64,000 nucleotides of DNA from an uncultured cyanobacterium (lineage in GTDB: Bacteria > Cyanobacteriota > Cyanobacteriia > Cyanobacteriales > CAWCAG01): NCBI GenBank assembly GCA_963803805.1, contig CAWDOD010000002.1, forward strand, positions 384,001-448,000, in the 5' to 3' direction. A program made the translations under genes and the position numbers. Positions 32,542 through 42,187 of this stretch are shown here, in pieces (position 1 is the stretch's first letter; every line of letters starts with the position of its first letter). Below the pieces are notes generated by a model, which was not told where the DNA came from, did no database searches, and worked only from the letters and a program-made list of their open reading frames with translations.

Positions 32542-32694
32542 AGTTATCCAGAAAGTTTAGCTCAAAAGATAATTGAGACTTTTGGTAATGATGAAATGAG
32601 AGAAAGACCAGAATTATACCTCAAAAATCATAGTTATCAAGCTTTCATTGAGTTATTGAAAAAAGGGTATATTGTTTTGCATTGTTGTTGCTAG
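32542..32694 (+). pseudogene. Possible remnant of a GT4 glycosyltransferase C-terminus
   Basis: Translates as SYPESLAQKIIETFGNDEMRERPELYLKNHSYQAF..., resembling the end of GT-B proteins; no start codon. Confidence 0.3.
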
Positions 32695-32853
32695 CAGGTA
32701 AAAATATCTTTCCCATACCTCAGACATCCTCTTAAACAAGCGTAGTCAATTTTTTCGATAATCCATGGTAGCAATCGTCACCGTCTATTTGAAGAGGCTG
32801 AGAGTTTTATTGCTGTTTTTTAATTTATTCCTCCCTTACTACCAAAATAACCA

Positions 32854-33810
32854 ATGGAATCAGAAGCAATCTTAGTTAGCATAGTTATTAATAACTATAA
32901 TTACGCCCAGTTTTTGCCAGAAGCAATAGAAAGTGCTTTAGCTCAAACCTATTCTCATACTGAAATTATCGTAGTTGATGATGGTTCTACTGATAACTCA
33001 AGAGAAATTATTCGTAATTACAAAGAAAAAGTTATCCCTGTATTAAAAGAAAATGGGGGACAAGCTTCAGCATTTAATGCCGGATTTGCAGCTAGTCAAG
33101 GGGAAATAATTTGCTTTCTTGATGCTGATGATTACTACTTACCAAATAAAATCAGTCAAATTGTTGAAATTCTTGAAAAATACCCAAACGCTGGTTGGAT
33201 TTTTCATAACTTAGAAGAGGTAGATATTCAAGGAAATTTTTTGAAAGTAAACAAGAACCGTTGTCTTGCTAATTTTGAATACGTTGAGCTGCAAGAAATC
33301 ATGTTGAAAGGAAACTTGTTAAAATATTGGTTTCCGGCAACTAGTGGTCTATGTTTTAAAAGCAATATCCTTAAGGATGTTTTACCAATGCCAGAACAAT
33401 TCTTGATTTCAAGTGATTCTTTTTTAAGATTAGTAACAATATATTTATCACCAGGAATACTTTCTCCAGAAAAATTTGCTACCCATCGCAGTCATGGTAA
33501 TAATCTTTATGCCTTTAGGAAGAATATGGGTGCTGAGAGGTCTAAACTATATATTAAAGTCGCATATCATCTCAGAAATAAATTTCCAGAAACTCGAAGA
33601 TTTACAGATAGCCTCTTAGCTAATTCTTTGGTACAACTAATTAATTATAGTAGCTTCAATGAAGCTGTTGATTTTCCAGAGTATCAAGATTATCTGAAAT
33701 ATGAACCCAAGTTAATTTCTCGCCTTAGATTAATAATTAAAGTGATTTCAACTTATACAAAAATTAAAGGAAGACAAGTTTTAAATACCAAATTCTTAAA
33801 AAGAACGTAA
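32854..33810 (+). CDS. Family 2 glycosyltransferase
   Basis: 'VSIVINNYNYAQFL', 'VDDGSTD', 'ENGGQASAFN', 'FLDADD'. Confidence 0.9.
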   Translation: MESEAILVSIVINNYNYAQFLPEAIESALAQTYSHTEIIVVDDGSTDNSREIIRNYKEKVIPVLKENGGQASAFNAGFAASQGEIICFLDADDYYLPNKISQIVEILEKYPNAGWIFHNLEEVDIQGNFLKVNKNRCLANFEYVELQEIMLKGNLLKYWFPATSGLCFKSNILKDVLPMPEQFLISSDSFLRLVTIYLSPGILSPEKFATHRSHGNNLYAFRKNMGAERSKLYIKVAYHLRNKFPETRRFTDSLLANSLVQLINYSSFNEAVDFPEYQDYLKYEPKLISRLRLIIKVISTYTKIKGRQVLNTKFLKRT

Positions 33811-33861
33811 TATTAAGTTAATTAACTATTTTATTTAATTGTATATGTATCAAAAATAACT

Positions 33862-34824
33862 ATGATTAAAACTGATTCTATTCGACAATCTGTGAGAAAT
33901 AGTTTGCCCAATTTTGCTCAATATTTAGTTAACAATGATTACTTAGAAGCGAATTTTTTCTATCCTAAATATCAAAAATATTTGGCAAAATTCCAAAAGG
34001 AATTACTATCACCTACCGCACAAAACCGGGGCATTATTGAAACTTTAAGACAACAGGGAATCTATACAACAACCTTAGAATCTCTAGAAATACCGAACAC
34101 TCAAGAATTTATCGAAGCCGTTAATAGTTTGATGGTAGAGCTGACAGAAATTTCGGCACGAAGAACTACTAAGTTTGCTTTTGAGTCTAATTTTGAACAG
34201 CTACTCAAGTATCGACAAATATTTAACTGGGGACTTGAAGATAGGATAATTAATATTGTCTCTAATTATTTAGGTACTCCCATTGCTTACGATACTTTCA
34301 TGGCACATTTAAGTATTAACAATGGCAAGGAAACCGCAACAAGACGTTGGCATTTAGATAACGAAGACAGAAAAGTGATTAAAATAATTATCTACTTCAA
34401 TGATGTAGATGAAGAAGGAGGGCCATTTCAATATATGCACCCTGAAATTAGTGTATCTTTACTAGAAAAAATCAAAGATAAATATAAGTTTTTTCACCAT
34501 CAAGAAATTGAAAAACTTATACTTAATCATGGGAAAGACTGGTTGACAACCTATACTGGAAAAACTGGAACTGTAATAATTGTTGATACTGCTCACTCCT
34601 ATCATCGTGGTAAACCTCCTACTAAATCTCCCCGGCGTGCAGTTAGTTTCGGCTACTTAAGTCGTCGCCCCCATCAACCTTTTCGGGCAGGAAGAAATCT
34701 TTTATCCAAAGATGAATTATCTAGCTTAGCGGCAGAACTTCCCTTAGAAAAACAGGCTTGTGTTTATTGGCAAGATTCACTTCCAACCCTAGCTAGGTTG
34801 ATTCCCAAGTATTCATATTTTTAA
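33862..34824 (+). CDS. 2OG-Fe(II) oxygenase (PhyH-like)
   Basis: 'WHLD' HxD motif, 'GGPFQY', 'DTAHSYHRG' distal His, conserved Arg. Confidence 0.75.
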   Translation: MIKTDSIRQSVRNSLPNFAQYLVNNDYLEANFFYPKYQKYLAKFQKELLSPTAQNRGIIETLRQQGIYTTTLESLEIPNTQEFIEAVNSLMVELTEISARRTTKFAFESNFEQLLKYRQIFNWGLEDRIINIVSNYLGTPIAYDTFMAHLSINNGKETATRRWHLDNEDRKVIKIIIYFNDVDEEGGPFQYMHPEISVSLLEKIKDKYKFFHHQEIEKLILNHGKDWLTTYTGKTGTVIIVDTAHSYHRGKPPTKSPRRAVSFGYLSRRPHQPFRAGRNLLSKDELSSLAAELPLEKQACVYWQDSLPTLARLIPKYSYF

Positions 34825-34848
34825 ACATTTGTAAGAAGGAGTATAACA

Positions 34849-35361
34849 ATGTCTCTTATTCGTGATTTAGCAACTTCAGTTTTTTCCTATATGTATGCTC
34901 GTAGCCTGAAAAAGCAACATCTATATAAATCGAAAAAAGACCAAATCAGAAATGATGTTGTTCATTTTGAAATTACCGAAAATGTGGGCTTAGAAGTTTA
35001 TTGGAAAATTCTCAAAGTTGCAGAGGGGCCTTCCTTAATATTTTATGCTCTTGGCTATGAAATTCTTAGATTTGATACTTACATTGGTGGACAGGCTCAT
35101 TGTCATATTCAGCTTGTAGAATGTCAAAAGAAGTGCAAATCACGCTTATTGTTACCAGAAAAAACAATTGAAGAACAAATTGAAAGAAGCGTCTTTGAAC
35201 TAAAAAATAATCTTTCTTATTGGCTGCAACGTCATCCTGATAGTCAAGTTCGTAGACTCAAAGTTGATAAAAGTAAACTGCAAATGGCGGCAGAACAAGC
35301 CAAGGAGAAAATGTTGGAATATACGGAAAAAATCAAAAATACGGTGCAAATAAATAACTAA
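34849..35361 (+). CDS. Hypothetical protein
   Basis: Strong SD (AAGGAG), operonic position; 'EILRFD...AHCH' motif. Confidence 0.65.
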   Translation: MSLIRDLATSVFSYMYARSLKKQHLYKSKKDQIRNDVVHFEITENVGLEVYWKILKVAEGPSLIFYALGYEILRFDTYIGGQAHCHIQLVECQKKCKSRLLLPEKTIEEQIERSVFELKNNLSYWLQRHPDSQVRRLKVDKSKLQMAAEQAKEKMLEYTEKIKNTVQINN

Positions 35362-35411
35362 TAATAGTTTTTATACTTGATATTTTGGTAACAATCTTTG
35401 CTTAACTAATT

Positions 35412-36506
35412 ATGGTTTCAATCACCCAACAATTAGAAAACTGGACACTACCTCATAGGTTATGGAAAACAGGCGCACCTCTTCCTACCCCACTGTTAGA
35501 AAGTGCCACAACAGTTATTAATAACCAACTTTATGTTTTTGGTGGCTTCACATTTAGATGGCAAGCCACCAAAGATGTATATGTCTATAATCTCGAAGCC
35601 GATCAATGGACAAAATTAGGGGAAATGCCTACTCCTGTAACCCATGTTAATGCAGCCCTTGATGAGTCGCGGGTGTGGTTTGCTGGGGGTTTTGTAGGCA
35701 ACCATCCTGGTGCGACAACGGCACAAGTTTGGCAATATGAGAGCAAGGACAATTCCTGGACAGAAGGTATTCCTCTACCGCAACCTCGTGCCGGTGGTGG
35801 TTTTCAGATTGTTAATAATGAATTTCATTACTTTGGTGGCTTTGCAACAGACAGAGATACCACCTGTGGAGAACATTGGGCGCTGCCATTGGAAGGGGGA
35901 ACAGAGTGGGTAGAAAAAGCACCTCTACCAAATCCACGAGGTCATGTTTCTAGTATTACTATTGGTGGAAAAATCTATGGTATTGGGGGTCAACATCGCC
36001 ATGATAATAATCCCATTGATCTTAATTCAGTTCATGTTTATGACTCTGCAAAAGATAGTTGGTTAGAATTAGCTAGTTTACCTGAACCGAGATCGCATTT
36101 TGAGCCATCCACTTTTGCCCTAGATGATTACATCATTATTATTGGTGGGCGTAATAATCAAAATCACCATTTATTGAGTGAAAAGATAACAGATATATTT
36201 GATCATAAAAATGACAAATTAATTGATGATTTTCCTCTACAAGTTTTTCTGGCGTTAAAGCATTCAATTAAGGGTTCCAAGTATTATACAGATTTACTTC
36301 CTAAAATTACCGTCTATGACATAAAGCGAGATATTTGGACTGAACCAGCCTCCTTACCAACTAATCTTTATGCTTGTGTTGCCAATGTTATTAGCAACTG
36401 GTTAATCATTACTGGAGGGGGTAGAAATAGACACAGGAATGCCCAAAGTAGAACTTTACTTAATCAAAGTTTGCTAGATGTTATTAAGAGTAATCCAGTT
36501 AATTAA
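35412..36506 (+). CDS. Kelch-repeat beta-propeller protein
   Basis: Repeated 'LYVFGG...YN...W..LGEMP' Kelch units. Confidence 0.85.
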   Translation: MVSITQQLENWTLPHRLWKTGAPLPTPLLESATTVINNQLYVFGGFTFRWQATKDVYVYNLEADQWTKLGEMPTPVTHVNAALDESRVWFAGGFVGNHPGATTAQVWQYESKDNSWTEGIPLPQPRAGGGFQIVNNEFHYFGGFATDRDTTCGEHWALPLEGGTEWVEKAPLPNPRGHVSSITIGGKIYGIGGQHRHDNNPIDLNSVHVYDSAKDSWLELASLPEPRSHFEPSTFALDDYIIIIGGRNNQNHHLLSEKITDIFDHKNDKLIDDFPLQVFLALKHSIKGSKYYTDLLPKITVYDIKRDIWTEPASLPTNLYACVANVISNWLIITGGGRNRHRNAQSRTLLNQSLLDVIKSNPVN

Positions 36507-36638
36507 GTATCCAAAATGTCTAATTTTTAGCTTAGTCTTACGACAAGGCTAACGCCTATAGCTGTGAGCAAAAAATTGTCAACTACTATGAATTAAAAGA
36601 AAAGTTTCAAGGTTCTGTATGGAGCAGTTTTTTTACTA

Positions 36639-37694
36639 ATGATTAAGAAACGCATCAAAAGTTTCCTCAAATCAATAGGTGATTTAGGGAAAAAACCACC
36701 TAAACAAAGCGATGAATTAATCGCTCAAATTAATCAAACAACGATGGAATATACAACTCTAGGTCGAACTGGACTTAGGGTAAGTGTAATGGGTTTAGGC
36801 ACTGGGGGGTATAGCAAAATTGGTCAAAATACAGGTAAAAGTCAAATAGAATCTCTGTACCTTGTCCGTACAGCATTTGATTTTGGCATTAACTTTTTTG
36901 ATACGGCTGAAGGTTATAATACTGAACCAATTATTGGCAAAGCCCTTAAGCAAATTAAGCGAGAAGATGTAGTTTTATCTACCAAGAAAAAAATGCGTCC
37001 TCAAGGGCGCTTAATTACGGGTAAAGAATTAGTGAGAGGATTAGAAAAAAGCCTCAGAAAACTTCAAACTGATTATGTAGATATTTATAATTTGCATGGC
37101 GTAACAATAGATGAATACGACTATGTTTTAACCGAACTTATGCCAGTGTTATTAAAAATGCGTGATGCCGGTAAAATTCGCTTTGTTGGCATCACAGAAG
37201 CATTTACAAAAGACCCAAACCACAGAATGTTACAGCGTGCTATTGAAGATGATTATTGGGATACTATTATGGTAGGTTTTAACATTCTCAACCAATCTGC
37301 CCAAACCCTAGTAATTCCCCAAGCTGCTGCCAAAAATATAGGTGTAGTTGCAATGTTTGCTGTTAGACGAGCATTAAAGAATAAAAACAAATTAAAAAAA
37401 GCCATAGTAAAGTTAAAGCAGATGGGATACTCTGAGTTAGAGACTTTAAATACCGAACATCCCTTAGATTTTCTTTTTTATGAAGGTGGGGCTAAGAATA
37501 TTACAGATGCAGCTTATCGCTTTTGTCGCCATCAATCAGGAGTTGATGTAGTATTGTTTGGTACGGGAAATGTTGAGCATCTTGCAGCTAATGTTACTTC
37601 TTTATTGCGTCCTCCACTACCTGATGCAAATTCGTTGAGACTAAAAGAATTGTTTGCCCGTGTCAATAATTTTACAGGAAGTGAAAAGCTATGA
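36639..37694 (+). CDS. Aldo/keto reductase
   Basis: 'LGRTGLRVSVMGLG', 'FDTAEGY', 'SLRKLQTDYVD..LH'; true start could be the ATG of MEYTTLG. Confidence 0.88.
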   Translation: MIKKRIKSFLKSIGDLGKKPPKQSDELIAQINQTTMEYTTLGRTGLRVSVMGLGTGGYSKIGQNTGKSQIESLYLVRTAFDFGINFFDTAEGYNTEPIIGKALKQIKREDVVLSTKKKMRPQGRLITGKELVRGLEKSLRKLQTDYVDIYNLHGVTIDEYDYVLTELMPVLLKMRDAGKIRFVGITEAFTKDPNHRMLQRAIEDDYWDTIMVGFNILNQSAQTLVIPQAAAKNIGVVAMFAVRRALKNKNKLKKAIVKLKQMGYSELETLNTEHPLDFLFYEGGAKNITDAAYRFCRHQSGVDVVLFGTGNVEHLAANVTSLLRPPLPDANSLRLKELFARVNNFTGSEKL

Positions 37695-37720
37695 TATTAT
37701 CTTTTCTTGCTAAAAATTAA

Positions 37721-38905
37721 GTGATGAAACCAGCAGTAATTATTTATCGTGATCAACTAATTCCCTACTCAGAAACTTTTATCCCAGCACAGGTTGAGAA
37801 TCTATCAGAATACACAGGTTTTTATGTTGGTAGCACCTCTTTTCCTAGTGCCGCAGCAATGATTCCTCCTCAAAGAAGTATTGTCTTGGGTAATCTGGTT
37901 TCTGCCCCTGGAATCTGGAAAACTATCTACAAATTAACTGGCTTTCCCCATCCTAACTGGCTCAAAAGTTTACAAGATTTATCCCCCTCTTTAGTTCACG
38001 CTCACTTTGGTTTAGATGGGTTATTAGCTTTACCTTTAGCACAAAAATTAAGTATACCTTTAATAGTTACTTTTCACGGCTACTATGCAACAGCAAGAAT
38101 AGAAGAAGAACCAGGAAAGAATTTATTTTCCTATACCTCAGATTATTTTAATAGGCGTGGTCAATTTTTTCGAGAATTATACAGTAGAAATCGCCACCGT
38201 CTCTTTACAGAAGCTAGTTATTTTATTGCTGTCTCTGATTTTATTCGAGGTAAATTAATTGAAAAGGGTTGTCCAGAGTCTAAAATAAGGGTTCATTATA
38301 TTGGCATTGATACAGACAAATTTATACCTAATCCCCATCTTAAAAAAGAACCAATTATTTTGTTTGTGGGGCGTTTTGTAGAAAAGAAAGGATGCGAGTA
38401 TTTAATAAGAGCGATCGCACAAATTCAAACTAGCTTTCCTAACATTGAATTAGTTTTAATCGGTGATGGGCCATTGCGTCTGGAGTTAGAAGAGTTAGCT
38501 AAAAAATCACTTCGTCGCTACCGTTTTTTAGGAGTACAACCATCAAAAAAGGTTCAAGAATGGATGGCGCGATCGCTCCTTTTATGCGCCCCTAGTGTCA
38601 CCACTTCCAAAGGAGAAACTGAAGGGCTACCAATTGTCATCTTAGAGGCCATGGCCATGGGTTTACCTGTAGTTAGTTCTTTTCACGCAGGCATCCCCGA
38701 AGCAGTAATTTCTGGGGAAACGGGATTTTTAACCCCAGAAAGAGATTGGCCAGGAATCGCCCAAAATATATCTACCTTACTTCAAAATAAACAACTGAGA
38801 GAAGATTTTGCCTCTGGTGGACGCAAGTTAGCAACAAACAAATTTAACCTCCAGTCTAATAGTAGGCAGTTAGCAGAAATATACAATGAAGTTGTTGCTA
38901 AATAG
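37721..38905 (+). CDS. GT4 glycosyltransferase (WcaL/AmsK-like)
   Basis: 'SETFI', 'HAHFG', 'FVGRFVEKKG', 'EGLPIVILEAMA'. Confidence 0.9.
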   Translation: MMKPAVIIYRDQLIPYSETFIPAQVENLSEYTGFYVGSTSFPSAAAMIPPQRSIVLGNLVSAPGIWKTIYKLTGFPHPNWLKSLQDLSPSLVHAHFGLDGLLALPLAQKLSIPLIVTFHGYYATARIEEEPGKNLFSYTSDYFNRRGQFFRELYSRNRHRLFTEASYFIAVSDFIRGKLIEKGCPESKIRVHYIGIDTDKFIPNPHLKKEPIILFVGRFVEKKGCEYLIRAIAQIQTSFPNIELVLIGDGPLRLELEELAKKSLRRYRFLGVQPSKKVQEWMARSLLLCAPSVTTSKGETEGLPIVILEAMAMGLPVVSSFHAGIPEAVISGETGFLTPERDWPGIAQNISTLLQNKQLREDFASGGRKLATNKFNLQSNSRQLAEIYNEVVAK

Positions 38906-38956
38906 CAAAGATAACTTACCCAAAAGGTACTTTAGAACTATTACTTTTAGGAAAAA

Positions 38957-38989
38957 GTAGGGTGTCGTTAGCCGTAGGCGTAACGCACC
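38957..38989 (+). repeat. GTAG-type REP-like palindrome
   Basis: GTAG GGTG(T)CGTTA GCCGTAGGCG TAACGCACC. Confidence 0.65.
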
Positions 38990-39408
38990 GCAAGGAGTCA
39001 TACTAAATCCTCTTGGTAGAGATGGCATTTATTTTAGTGTTAATTACGGCTTTTGAGGCTCACAACCCCAGATAATTCAGGCTTTTAAAGCCTGACATAC
39101 TTAAGAGCAGCACTCATAATCGCTAAACTACTCAAACGAATATCAGCATCACTTGAAGAAAAACCATAACTACGGACAGGTACACATAAAGATATTAAAG
39201 CGATCGCAGCAAATAAACTTAAAACCCTTTTCCAAGATAGTTGCATTGGTAGTTGCATAATTTCCCCATAAAATAAGCTGATTTAGTTCATTTTCCAGGG
39301 AAGCTGTAGACTTTTACGTCTATTTTTCGTATAACTTTCGTCTACGTAGCAATGTTGCTAATTGCTAGTAGCTAGCGGCTAGTTGCTACTAGTCTGTCAT
39401 AATTAATT

Positions 39409-39591
39409 TTGTTTACCTCTGCTTTAGCAAAAATTGAGGGGTTTGATGTTTGTTTGCTGGACTGTTCCCCTAGTTTGAGCATTTCTTCTGTGCAAGCAAT
39501 TTTAAGCTGCGATCGCATACTAATCCCCGTCATTTGTGAACCCGCCGTACTCAAAAGACTCTCAGAAGCAGTACAACTAATCAGAGAAGTA
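39409..39591 (+). pseudogene. Internal fragment of a ParA/Soj ATPase
   Basis: 'FDVCLLDCSPSL...AILSCDRILIPVICE' matches the ParA Walker B region; no Walker A, and the fragment is cut by the 3' end of the convergent AKR gene. Confidence 0.75.
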
Positions 39592-40424
39592 TTAGCGCAT
39601 AGCCAAGGACATCTTACGACTAGGTGGCTTATAGGTGCGATTTAATTCTTGTAAATCTTCTTGGGTCAACCTAATATCTAGAGCAGAGCAGTTTTCTTTT
39701 ATATGATTGGGATTAGTTGCTTTGGGAATAGAAATAACATTGTCTTGATGTAGTAACCAAGCTAAGGCAATTTGGGTGGATGTAGCGTTATGTTTGGCTG
39801 CTATCTTGTTCAACTTAGCATCATTGATGAAGGCTCGTTGTTCGATAGGAGAATAGGCCATAATCGGAATACTTCTGTGTTTACACCAGGGTAATAAATC
39901 CCATTCGATACCGCGACGCATGAGATTATAAAGCACCTGATTAGTGACTATATCTTTTCCTCCAGGTAAAGATTCGGCTTCCTCCATATCCTCTAGATCA
40001 AAATTACTAACACCATAATCTAATATCTTCCCTGCTTGCTGGAGGTGCTGCAATCCCGATAGGGTTTCTGATAGAGGTATAGAGCCACGCCAGTGAAGTA
40101 AATACAAATCCAAATAATCTGTTTTCAATCTAGATAGAGAGCGATCGCAAGCTGCAATCAATCCCTGATAACTGGCATTGTAGGGATAAAACTTACTAAC
40201 CAAGTATACTTCGTCTCGGCGATCGCTAATGGCTTCGGCGACAATCTTTTCTGCACCACCTTCACCATACATTTCCGCCGTATCGATTAAAGTCATTCCC
40301 AAATCTATACCAAGCTTCAACCCATCTATCTCCGACTGCTTCTGGCTTGCTTTTTCCCCATACCCCACGTACCCTGTCCGAGTATGGGTACTTTTCTTCC
40401 TGATTTTAGCTGTAGTGTTTTCAT
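39592..40424 (-). CDS. Aldo/keto reductase with a -1 frameshift in a G run near 40357
   Basis: ATG at 40424 reads MKTLQLKSGRKVPILGQGTWGMG; one extra G joins it to the 39592-40368 ORF (277 aa); 'IDTAEMY', 'LYLLHW'. Confidence 0.85.
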
Positions 40425-40532
40425 TGTTTACTTAACTGATTGTCTAGTTTATTTTATTAAGCTATTAGTTCCATGAGCATTTCCGGATTCCGATGTGGTT
40501 CTATGATAGTTGTCAGGTTGACCATCTTTGAT

Positions 40533-40690
40533 GGGAGCATCTCAGTTTTGCAGAAATAGTTTGTCTGTGAAATTAGCTATTAGCTATTAGCTGTTAGCTG
40601 TTAGCTTTAAGAATACATTTCTTGCTGCTTCAGTGAAGCTAATATCAAGTTGACGGCTAAAGCCTGTATTTACCAATTTGAGATGCTCCC
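40533..40690 (+). mobile_element. MITE copy 1 (158 bp, 12-bp TIR GGGAGCATCTCA), no target-site duplication
   Basis: TIRs read directly; near-identical inverted copy at 58519-58669; five internal RTTAGCT heptamers. Confidence 0.85.
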
Positions 40691-40938
40691 GTTTAAATGC
40701 ACATCAGCTTACCAATTTTATTTTACTGAGCCAAAGCGATCGCATCCACTTTCTACGAGTATCTTTAAACAGCTTTTTTCCCTATCATTCATTTTAATAA
40801 TCTACAGAAAAAACACTTTATATTTTAAAAATATAGCGTCGAATTTTATTATTTATCTAGTCTTTACCTAAGACATACAAAGGTTTAGGCACTTTCTGTT
40901 CTTAGCAAATCTAGCAGTTTAATTGTTGCTTATTCCTA

Positions 40939-41121
40939 GTTTGCGGCCGTGAAGCAAAATGCCGAAAAACCCTAGTTTTTCGTTGCCACGGCCGACCCTA
41001 GACTGTGAAAGGATTTCAGCCTCTTTTACCTAACTTTGTTTGTCTCTGAATTGCTTTATTTTTACTCACGGCCGCAAACCGCTTCTAGACATCAGGCAGG
41101 ATAAGGCTTTAGAATTAGGGG
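40939..41121 (+). promoter_or_regulatory. CRISPR leader 1
   Basis: Abuts the first repeat; near-identical to 53144-53324; contains the 14-bp IR GTTTGCGGCCGTGA/TCACGGCCGCAAAC. Confidence 0.9.
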
Positions 41122-42187
41122 GTAACGACTTCCATTAGGAAGTAAAGGAGTTGAAACAGATTCTGAGTATTTATATCATAGGCTATACTATCTATAGTAA
41201 CGACTTCCATTAGGAAGTAAAGGAGTTGAAACAACATTGATTTCAATATTTACAAAAGTTGATTTCATTGTAACGACTTCCATTAGGAAGTAAAGGAGTT
41301 GAAACTGAGGATGGACGTTACAGGTGTCTACCCAAGTAATGTAACGACTTCCATTAGGAAGTAAAGGAGTTGAAACGCTAAAAGGCTATTTGCCTGGGTG
41401 AATCTTCCTCGTCAGTAACGACTTCCATTAGGAAGTAAAGGAGTTGAAACTCTTTAGCGGCGGCATCCACTCTGTTCATTGCTTCTTGTAACGACTTCCA
41501 TTAGGAAGTAAAGGAGTTGAAACAGCCAGGGCATAAGAATCGGCTTCATCGTTTTTATGTAACGACTTCCATTAGGAAGTAAAGGAGTTGAAACCATCAG
41601 GATAATCTTCATCTACACTGACCGATATAACCCGTAACGACTTCCATTAGGAAGTAAAGGAGTTGAAACAACAAATCCAACAATCGCGGGGGACTTCTGG
41701 GTTGTCGTACCGTAACGACTTCCATTAGGAAGTAAAGGAGTTGAAACTTAGTAGCTGCATACCAGTTATCTTTATAATTATATGTAACGACTTCCATTAG
41801 GAAGTAAAGGAGTTGAAACTTAAAAAGGGGAGATGTGATAACGAAAATTCCTAATGGTAACGACTTCCATTAGGAAGTAAAGGAGTTGAAACCCAAGGAT
41901 ACCCTCATCAAAGGGAGGCGATAGCAGAAAGTAACGACTTCCATTAGGAAGTAAAGGAGTTGAAACATGATCACTATGTACTGGGTATGCTCTGTTTTAG
42001 TCTGGTAACGACTTCCATTAGGAAGTAAAGGAGTTGAAACAATGGTGTTAAAACATTGCATAATCAAGTTTTCTGAGTAACGACTTCCATTAGGAAGTAA
42101 AGGAGTTGAAACGGCAAATCTCGTAACCTTGTTGCTCCAATTTCTTAACAGTAGCAACTTCCCTTCAGAAGCAACCAAATTTTCAAC
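41122..42187 (+). CRISPR. CRISPR array 1: 14 identical 36-bp repeats GTAACGACTTCCATTAGGAAGTAAAGGAGTTGAAAC plus one degenerate terminal repeat; 14 spacers
   Basis: Repeats start at 41122, 41197, 41270, 41341, 41415, 41488, 41559, 41634, 41712, 41784, 41857, 41931, 42005, 42077; degenerate copy from 42151. Confidence 0.98.
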
